64,000 nucleotides of DNA from Octopus vulgaris. Its lineage: Eukaryota. Shown here piece by piece: positions 54,576 through 64,000 of the stretch (its first letter is position 1; each line of letters starts with the position of its first letter). Under the pieces are notes generated by a model that worked only from the letters and a program-made list of their open reading frames with translations, did no database searches and had not been told where the DNA came from. A program made the translations under genes and the position numbers. The stretch covers positions 46,004,001-46,068,000 of the forward strand of contig OX597815.1 in the NCBI GenBank assembly GCA_951406725.2, given 5' to 3'.

Positions 54576-56925
54576 GTGAGGAGAGCCAACAAACATTTGA
54601 TGACTCTCATAGCCAGAAACAAGGAGATTGAGAGAGAGGATGCAATTTATGACACCAGCACCCTTAGGGTTCCGGATCATTTAATGCTAATTCGGCTACT
54701 CCTCAAAGACGTTCAGAGTGATTTCCGCACAATGTAGGAAGGCGAAACGTCCATGCCACAAAGAGGCTTTTAGCCGCTTTTCCAGAGGAACCACAACCTT
54801 ATCCGAGTCTCGGGTTACCGAGCTGCCAACAACTTCAAGAGGGTAAGTAACCCCGCTCTTTTTTCTTTTCCCAACTCTTTCGAGCCGTCATGGCGATTGT
54901 TAGAGTGGGTCGCATAAATGTTCGCGTCCTGAGGTCATCCTAAAAGTAACGTCGTTTGCTCAATGACCTCAGGTCGCTAGGTTTGGATGTGATAGCAGCC
55001 GATGAGATCAGGATTTCCGACACACGTGATATTGTACCCATTTTCGACGATTATAAGATCTACGCATCTCTTAATCGGCTTGGAGTGTGAGGCGGGGGTG
55101 GTAGTGCTGTTTAGGAAAGACCTGCATCTCGAAGTTCAGACAATCTTCCCAGAGGGTAAGTTGGTGGTCTTGGACATGAGCGACAGTGAAGGTGGTGCCT
55201 TTAGACTAGTCGCTGTTTACGTCCCCACGGGAGCGGGGTAGCCAGATCTCTTCATGTGTTTGGAGGTTTTCCATGGGAAGTGACGCACTTTTATGCTTGT
55301 GGATGACTGGACCGACATTTTGGACGCATGCCTGAATAGGGTGGGGCTAGCTGACAGGAGTGGGAAGTAATAGCCTAACAAACCTGCTCAGTCACTTCCA
55401 GTTGGCTGACAGGTACCAACTGAATTTCCCGAATGCGCCAATGTCGACATGGGCAAACCGCATCGGGTTTTCCAGATCGTATATAGATAATTTTGTAAGC
55501 TTGTTGATAGAAGTAGTATAAATTGTCCACGTTTCAAAATCATTGGCTACACGAACCATAAATTTGTGATCTGTACGGTTGACATAGATAGGATCTATAG
55601 ACAGGGCCCAGGATACTGGAAGTTGAATGCGTCCTTCCCGGTGCGCCAAGCTTTCAGAAACTGGGTTAGCAAGTTAGTCCAATCGCCAACAACGGATGGT
55701 GGATAACCCTGAAAAGGGCTATTAGAGTAGAGGCAGTAGGTTTTAGTAAGGAAATAGCGTTAGTGGAATGTAGGATAGAGAGAGATCTAGTTAAGAAGCT
55801 AGAAGAGGCGTTTAGGAAAGGCATAGCGACAGACGTGCTAGTGGTGAGATTGGCTTTTGATCAACTCTTCAATGTCAAGCACGAAAATTTAGTTGTCAGA
55901 GCTAGGGTGCGTGCACTGAGACGGGAGGGGACGAAAGCCGTTCGATGGGTCCGGGTGGCAGAGGCGCTACATGGAAAGAAAGCAACAATTCGGTCTTTAG
56001 CAAGCTGTGATGGGAGCATGACAACCGAGTCCAAGCAGATGTGTGCGGAATTTCAACGGCACTTCGCCGAACTGTATGTGGCACGCAGTGGTTCTGGCAT
56101 GGTGGTGGATTTCACTTCCTAGCTCAGTGGAATGCCGTGCCTCTCAGCTAGGGATGCAGAGTTCTGCGAAGTGCTGATAACAGCTGAAGATGACAAGCTA
56201 CGAAATAAAGAAGTCTCCCGTACGGGATGGTCTGCCCTTCGAGCTTTATTTTCATATACAGCAAAATGGGAGAATTCCCAACGCCGTGAGCCTTGGAGTT
56301 GTGGTGTTGTTGAGGAAGGACCCGAACAAGGGGGACAAAATTGATAATTTTAGGCCTAGAACTCTGCTGAATGCAGATTCTAAAATTTTGGCTAAGGTGT
56401 TAGCCAAGAGGTTGGCGCTTGTCGTCGATAAGTTAGTTGGTAACGCACAGATATGCTCGGCACCTTCAGAGGCAGGTCCATGCCAACCGACAGCGTTGTA
56501 GGGCACTGGACAGAAGGACCTGTTAAATTGCTCAGTGTTTGGTTTGGTCCAGACCCCCAGGTGGACAAGAACCGGGAGGGAGAGGAGATGGGCAGGGTGG
56601 CCAATCTCACTTAGAAATGGGCAAAGTGGAAGCTGTCTCTGAATGGCCAGGCGGAGGTGGCGAATGTGTAAATCGCTTTCGTCCTCTACTACCACCTGAC
56701 CGTCTTCCCTTGCCCCAATTCGTGCCTGATATGGTTGGAACGCTTACTCTTCTACTTTCTATGGAAGGGATGTGTTCTGCTCGTTAGAGGATCTGTCTAC
56801 TGTCAACCACCGCTGAGTAGAGGACTGGGCATGATGTGGCTAATGATGCACAGACATGCGCTGAGACTGCGACATCTGCAGCGTTTCCTTAACTGTGAGC
56901 AGTTGTGGTCGCCGTTCGTCACATG
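54576..56925 (+). mobile_element. Decayed L1/Tx1-clade LINE (APE endonuclease + partial RT)
   Basis: From 54890 MAIVRVGRINVRVL..DVIAADEI, GVVVLF, FRLVAVYVP, PGYWKLNAS; RT start KSPVRDGLPFELY..NFRPRTLLNADSKILAKVLAKRL; LLFYFLWKG..RGLG. Confidence 0.9.
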
Positions 56926-57319
56926 GTTGCAAAATGAGCTTCTTAACAACTCGGCCATTTTCTTTACATATATTTCTGTATTCTTTTCTTCTCTCTTTCA
57001 TATTATATTTCGTCTTTACTTGTATTTTGCGTTTCTTTCCCCTTCAGTTTATACATTTCATTCTTTCGTTCTTTCAAAATATATCAGTATTTCTAATATT
57101 TTTCGTTTTCTTATATTTTCTTATATTTAAGCTTTTGCACGTTTGTTCTTAAATATTATCTCCACGTTGATTTGTCTAAATTTTTTCTTTTTTGTCATCT
57201 ATGTAGATAGTCAGTTATTCATTCTTTAACATTTCTCTGTAGCTTTACATTTTTCCTTGTATTTTCTTTTAATTCATGTACATACATACACACACATGCA
57301 CACATGCATGTATGTATAA

Positions 57320-57365
<46 letters not shown>

Positions 57366-57430
57366 GTGCATACATATTTATAAATATGTATATGTACATA
57401 TATATATATATATATACAAAATAAGAAAAT

Positions 57431-57464
<34 letters not shown>

Positions 57465-57962
57465 ACTTACGTTTTTTATATTTCTCTTTCGTCTTCTTTA
57501 TTTCTAATACACTCTTTTTCTAACATCAGTTGTTACTCTCTCCGGTTGAGTGCACCAATGATTAATCTATTCTGTAACACTCTTGCAATTTAGGAGTCTT
57601 TACAATACAGAAGTATAAAAGAAACAGGAATAGATAGAGATGCAGATGAATACAAATAAATAAGACGAGAGAGAGAGAGAGAGAGAGAGAGAAGAGAAAG
57701 AGAGAGAGAGAAAAATGTTGGAAATGAAAGAGAGACATGTGACGATGTAAAAAAGTAAAAAAGAGAAACAGAGGGATGGAAAAGACGGACTAGGACAAGG
57801 AGAGTAAAATAAAGACTGGTATGCGAGAGAAATGCTGCTGCCGTTGATGATGATGATATTAATCATAATAAGAGGTGCAGAAAGTCAGAAGAGACGCATA
57901 AGGAAGATATACATGTGTAGAAATACGTATGTGACATAATGGAGAGAAACCCGAGTGATGAA

Positions 57963-58002
<40 letters not shown>

Positions 58003-58029
58003 ATAATGATAATGTTAATAATAATAATG

Positions 58030-58094
<65 letters not shown>

Positions 58095-58101
<7 letters not shown>

Positions 58102-58565
58102 GTCAAGCTGGTGTGTTTGTGAATTTGTTACTGTAACTCCTCCAAGACTAACTAACAGACCTTAATGAAACTTGACATGAGTAGGGGCTTATGCCCATCC
58201 GGTCACTTGCGCACTTGGAATTTTAAAAAAAGTCGATTTTTAATCAGCATCGATTTTTCAAAAATCGAAAAAATTTCGGCCTTTTTTTGCACTAGCCATC
58301 GTGACAACAATTCGACAAAAAATGTTTCATGGCTATCAACAGACACCTTATTAACGGTAATTTATTTAGCATTTGCTAATTCTGCATTTCAATGCGAATT
58401 GTTTTGATTTGCTAAAATTTATTATTTCAATTCGTTGTTTTAATTCCCCAGCGTTTCAGATTTTGATTAGGTAAGAGTATTTTATTTCTCAAGCAAAGTT
58501 TAGGCATTTTGCACACTCGCCATCGTGACATCAATTTGACGAAATCTGCCCCAAAGCGAATGCAT
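58095..58565 (+). mobile_element. Possible Helitron-like non-autonomous fragment
   Basis: Start resembles other Helitron-N 5' regions (taaatg.caa..gtgtgt..actcctcc..gaaacttg); 3' end not evident. Confidence 0.3.
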
Positions 58566-58684
58566 ATATATATTGGCCTGCTCACTTAGCCAGCGGGGTG
58601 GCGTCATTCGAAGGCTAAAACAATGCGAACGCATTGTGACCAGCGATGTGTAACAACATCTGATGGTCTGGTCGGTCACGTGAT

Positions 58685-58735
<51 letters not shown>

Positions 58736-58737
<2 letters not shown>

Positions 58738-59773
58738 CATATAAGAGGAAAACCACTATGTAGAAACCCTTATGCTAGAAGTAGATCCACTATGGTCTTA
58801 CCACTAAGAAATGCATTGACCTTTGCCGGTTAGAGAACGTATTAATTTTAATTTAAATCTAAAATGAGGGTGAGAAATTTGATATTAATTTAATTAACAT
58901 CAATTTCACACCAGTGGTCCAGCATATAAAAAGACTGAAGGTTCAGTAAAATTACGTAATATGGTAATAGTAAAGCATGTATATGAATAATCCATATTTT
59001 TATTGCTTTTCTTTCGTCTTGCTCGATAAGACAAAGTCTATTGGACTTTACTCTGTTTCTGAAGAAGAGCGTTACTCGACACGTTAAACCATCTTTCTTT
59101 CCTTCTCTGAGTATCTGCTAATACTTTACATGTACCACGTCCTCGCGTTGTTTTTTGTGTTTGTTCTTATGCTGGACCACTCGTGTGAAATTGATGTTAA
59201 TTAAATTAATATCAAATCTCCCACCCTCATTTTAATTTTAAATTTAAATTGATACGTTCTCTAACCGGCAAAGGCCACTGCAGTAAATTATTTTCTGCAA
59301 TATCCTTTTTTCCGGTAATTTAGCACGCCAAAACGAGAACATTTGAATAGTAACCACGACTGTAATGGGTAGAACTGTTTACAAGCCTGACTTTGTGCGG
59401 ACGTCCTAGTATACAGTTCTGCAAATTATATTCACTTGGACGGTCACACCAAAGATCTACGGGCATCTTACGTAATATGGTAATAGTGAAACATGTATGT
59501 GAATAATCCATATTTTTATTGCTTTTGTCTTGCTTTTGTCTTGCTCGATTACATTTTCGTTATTTTGCTGAATTTTTCTTGAGAACATTTCTTTGTGGTA
59601 AGACCATAGTGGATCTACTTCTAGCATAAGGGTTTCCGCATAGTGGTCTTCCTCTTATATGTATATAATACAATTTTACTGAACCTTCGTTTTTTTTATA
59701 TGCTGGACCACTGGTGTGAAATTGATGTTAATTAAATTAATATCAAATTTCTCACCCTCATTTTAAATTTAAA
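58736..59773. repeat. Mosaic of nested inverted and direct segmental repeats around a pLTR/hammerhead fragment
   Basis: A 58736-58812 is inverted at 59587-59662. B 58813-58952 is inverted at 59167-59282 and 59672-59773. C 58951-59028 is repeated directly at 59468-59549. Confidence 0.85.
59055..59089 (+). ncRNA. Minimal hammerhead motif, GAAA mutated to GACA
   Basis: GTTT-CTGAAGA-aGAG-cgtta-CTC-GACA-CG-TT-AAAC. Confidence 0.65.
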
Positions 59774-59803
59774 TATATATATATGTATATGTATATGTAT
59801 ATG

Positions 59804-59852
<49 letters not shown>

Positions 59853-59940
59853 CTATACACACACATACACACACACACACACACACATATATACATATAT
59901 ATATATACATACATACACACACATACATATATATATATAC

Positions 59941-59971
<31 letters not shown>

Positions 59972-59978
59972 CATATGC

Positions 59979-60061
<83 letters not shown>

Positions 60062-60635
60062 CAAATATGTATATATATGTGTATATATATATGCATATAT
60101 ATACATATGCATATATGGCTAAAGGATGTCACCAACAGTAAACAACATGAAAAGGGAAAACAAATGATTTCAATACGCAAACGAGAGAAACAAATGGAAA
60201 ACAGGTAACACAAAGAACGACCCTTCATCAGTTGTCGGTGTGAATATATTTGGGATTCTGTGTGTGTGTGTGTATGTGTGTTTGGGATTGTGTTTGTGTG
60301 TGTGTGTGTAATTAAAGGTGATTTTAAGTGTCAGCAGTTCTCTCGTTTGTTCTTCAGTTTGATTAAGCCTAAACCCCTTGGCAATACTTAGAGGTCTCTC
60401 TTAAAATTAAAATATTATGCTTTACATACATACTGAGTTCATTACTCATTAAATGGCAGTCGTTTTGTATACATATTTAAAGACTTAGTTTAAATATACA
60501 GGGTAGGCCAGAAGTCATGCACAAAATAAGTTCAGTGTGCTTCAGAATTGTCAAAGAGATGCTTCAATTTTTCTAAAATTGAATAAAATAATGATGAATA
60601 CACACATACATGAACATGATGAACAAAACGAATGC

Positions 60636-61050
60636 ATGGCCGTGTGGTAAGAAGCTTGCTTCCTAACCACATGGTTCCGAGTTCAGTCCAACTGTGTGGC
60701 ACCTTTGACAAGTATCTTCTTCCATAGCGTCGGGCCGACCAAAGCCTTGTGAGTGGATTTTGTAGACGGAAACTGAAAGAAGCTTGTCATATATATGTAT
60801 AAGTATTTCTGTGTGTGTCTTTGTAGCTGTGTTTGTCCGCACTACCGCTTGGCAATCAGTCTTGGCATGTTTACGTCTCACTAACTTCGTGGTTCAGCAA
60901 AAGGGACAGATAGAATAAGTACCAGATTTAGCAAAATATTAAGTACTGGGGTCGAATCATTCGACTAAAAATTCTTCAAGACGATGCGTCAGTATGGCCG
61001 CAGTCTAATGACTGAAACAAGCAAAAGATAAAAGATAAAAGATAAAAGAT
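60636..61050 (+). mobile_element. Full-length tRNA-derived SINE family A
   Basis: Head tggccgtgtggtaagaag..ggttccgagttcagtcc; central (TA/TG)n; tail gactgaaacaagcaaaagat(aaaagat)n. Confidence 0.88.
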
Positions 61051-61069
61051 AATAATAATGATGATGATG

Positions 61070-61133
<64 letters not shown>

Positions 61134-61427
61134 TAATAATAATAATATGTGTTCTTGTCTGTGTATCTAAATATATATGTATCATGCATTTACGAGCATA
61201 TGGATACGCAGTAAGTGTTGGTTTGAAGTAGGTGTGAGAACTTGCAGTTGAGTTAAACGAGCTTGGGCGCTGATTAATTGCGAGATAAGAATACTTGTGA
61301 ATAAGTATCGGCTCTATGCAGAGTGAATGCGTTAATAGATTGCTTCGTTGCGTTTTTCAATATAAGTTGGTTCTTATGAAGTTCGAATTCGTATGTATGA
61401 AAGTATCTCGTGTTTTTTCATGCACAA

Positions 61428-61522
<95 letters not shown>

Positions 61523-61666
61523 AACATTTACGCACAAATTTATGTGTATATGTTTGTGTGTATCTAAGTATACATGCTTGTATGGAGAAACATGATATGT
61601 AACATTTTATTACCTTACAATACTTTAGAAGTTACTCAGAGCCTAAAGATTTTTCGAAAGCTTGTC

Positions 61667-61761
<95 letters not shown>

Positions 61762-61779
61762 TAATAATAATAATAATAA

Positions 61780-62164
61780 TCCTTTCTACTATAGGCACAA
61801 AGCCTGAAATTTTGGGGAGGGAGTAAGTCGATAACATTGACCCCAGTGCTCAACTGGTACTTAACGGATGAAAGGTAAAGTCAGCCTTTGCGGAATTTGA
61901 CTTCAGAACGTGATGAGAGACGAAATACCTATTCCTTTACTACCCGCAAGGGGCTTAACACAGAAGGGAAAAACAAGGACAGACAAAGGGATTAAGTCGA
62001 TTACATCGACCCCCAGTGCGTAACTAGTACTTAATTTATCGACCCCGAAAGGATGAAAGGCAAAGTCGACCTCGGCGGAATTTGAACTCAGAACGTAACG
62101 GCACTCGAAATACGGCTACGCATTTCGCCCGACGTGCTAAGGATTCTGCCACCTCGCCGCCTTA
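61780..62164 (-). mobile_element. Dimeric SINE family B
   Basis: Reverse complement of 33529-33928. Confidence 0.88.
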
Positions 62165-62179
62165 TCAACGACAACAGTA

Positions 62180-62372
62180 GAGGCGCAATGGCCCAGTGGT
62201 TAGGGCAGCGGACTCGCGGTCGTAAGAACGCGGTTTCGATTCCCAGACCGGGCAATGCGAGTGTTTATTAAGCAAAAACACCTAAGCTCCACGAGGCTTT
62301 GGTGGAGGCGGGGTGTGAACCCCGCTGTACTTATTCACCACAACTTTCTCTCATTCTTTCTTCCTACTTCTA
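62180..62372 (+). mobile_element. SINE family C, 5' part
   Basis: gaggcgcaatggcccagtggttagggcagcggactcgcggtcg..ggtttcgattcccagacc. Confidence 0.85.
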
Positions 62373-62620
62373 CCAGAAAGCAGAGGAACCATGGTGTAAT
62401 CCACTATGGTGTGGTAAACTTTCGGACTCTAGTCTAGATTGCAAATCCTCTGTACCCCAGGATGGCTCAGCTCTCCATCCATTAAAAGCCACTATTTACG
62501 GAATGAGGATAACAACGTAGCTTTCGCTCCCGTGCATCCGTCAATCTATCGCGTGTGGTGGATGAATCTTCAAGTTGCCACACGCATTCTTAATAGATGG
62601 CTAATGGCGTGACCTTTTTG

Positions 62621-62693
62621 GAAGAAGAAGAAGAAGAAGAAGAAGAAGAAGAAGAAGAAGAAGAAGAAGAAGAAGAAGAAGAAGAAGAAGAAG
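62621..62693. repeat. (GAA)n microsatellite
   Basis: Directly visible. Confidence 0.95.
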
Positions 62694-62806
62694 ACAACAA
62701 CAACAACAATAATGGTTTCAAATTTTGGCACAATGTGACCGACCCCAGTGCTCAAATGGTACTTATTTTTTTCGACCACGAAAGGATGAAAGGCAAAATC
62801 AACCTT

Positions 62807-63604
62807 GGATCTTTTCCTTTCGAACGCCACTTTGTAACATAATTTCTAGGTAACTAAAAAGTTTTAAACTTCGTATACTGGTAGAATGTGTTTATAAAAC
62901 ATCATTTTCTCTTGGCTTTATTGAGAAAATTCTATAGGTTGTAAGATATTTCGTCTTTAATTTCGAGCATTTCGGCAATTTTAACCAATCGCTGACCTCC
63001 ATTTAGGTAAATAACATTCTGTGCATAATGAATATGTCCCTCCTTTAAGAAACAGATTGGGTTTATTTACATTTGTGAAGAAAAAAAGATACCCTTACCC
63101 AACCCCTAACCCTAACCATAGTAACCCTAAATCTAAAATAGATTGAAATGCAATAGATCGATACTAGGGTCATAATTATGGGTGACATTTTCATTTGACA
63201 CCGCTAGAAAAAATCCCATTTTCCGTAGCGGTGTCGTATGAAATTGTCACCCATAATTATAACCCTAGCATCGATCTATTGCATTTCAATTTATTTTAGA
63301 TTTAGGGTTAGAGTTAGGGTTAGGGTTACATTCATAAATGTAAATAAACCTAATCTGTTTCTTAAAGGAGGGACATATTCATTATGCACAGAATGTTATT
63401 TACCTAAATGGAGGTCAGCGATTGGTTAAAATTGCCGAAATGCTCGAAATTTCAGACGAAATATCTTACAACATGTACAATTTTCTCAATAAAGCCAAGA
63501 AAAAAATGATGTTTTATAAACACATTCTACCAGTATACGAAGTTTAAAAGTGTTTAGTTAACTAGAAATTGTGTTGAAAAGTGCCGTTCAAGAGGAAAAG
63601 ATCC
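62807..63604. mobile_element. ~800-bp foldback (palindromic) DNA transposon with 8-bp TSD, inserted in a SINE B copy
   Basis: GGATCTTTTCC...GGAAAAGATCC termini; ~390-bp arms meet near 63212; TSD tcaacctt / ttaacctt; internal (CCCTAA)/(TTAGGG) repeats. Confidence 0.9.
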
Positions 63605-63800
63605 TTAACCTTGGTGGAATTTGAACTCAGAGTATAAAGACAAACGAAATGCGACTAAGGATTTTGTCCGGCGTGCTAACGTCTTTCATCTTTTCGAGGT
63701 CGAAAAATAAGTACCAGTTGAGCACTGGGCTCGATGTAATCGACGTACCCCCTCCCCGAACTTACTAGCCTTGAACCAAAACTTGAAAACAACATTACTA

Positions 63801-64000
63801 TTGGGTTGTCCGGAAAGTTCGTGCCGGTTTTTATAGGAAAGAAAAAGGTCAATAAATACTTGCCATTACATTTTTAATCAACCAAATATGAACCATTTTG
63901 TTGCACAAAGCGTCTCCGTCTTTCCTTTAACTTGAAAATACACTGTTCTCAGAATTGAGGTGGTTTCATGGCAAAGAATTCATCAAGGAATCTTTTTATG
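63801..64000 (-). mobile_element. Mariner 3' end (continues beyond the window)
   Basis: TA-ttgggttgtccggaaagttcg TIR; FLDEFFAMKPPQF*EQCIFKLKERRRRFVQQNGSYLVD*. Confidence 0.85.

Noticed and set aside
62180-62255. tRNA-like sequence (also 46045-46121, 60636-60700)
   Set aside because: These are SINE heads continuing into repeat bodies, without a clean acceptor stem or terminator
63095-63330. TTAGGG/CCCTAA repeats as a telomere or fusion site
   Set aside because: Only a few imperfect units, symmetric inside the arms of a foldback transposon

Overview
AT-rich, extremely microsatellite- and SINE-dense eukaryotic DNA. The repeat families and (TA)n/(CA)n/(TACA)n/(TAA)n load look like an octopus (coleoid cephalopod) genome; that assignment is inference from recalled repeat families, not a search. 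I find no intact host protein-coding gene. Almost all supplied ORFs are translated microsatellites. The real coding traces are decayed transposons: a Penelope-like element (RT thumb + GIY-YIG), a hAT transposase, several Tc1/mariner elements, RTE, CR1-like and L1/Tx1 LINE fragments, three R4/Dong-like 3' ends inside microsatellites, Helitrons, MITEs and an 800-bp foldback element. The most notable signal is about 11 minimal type I hammerhead-ribozyme motifs, 4 with intact cores, from several unrelated families. One lies in a 429-bp partial tandem repeat (retrozyme-like), one in an inverted repeat, and one at the tip of a long rod-like hairpin. A second signal is an old ~540-bp inverted duplication with a 61-bp perfectly identical core that overlaps a candidate micro-exon. 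Coordinates of degenerate repeats are approximate.
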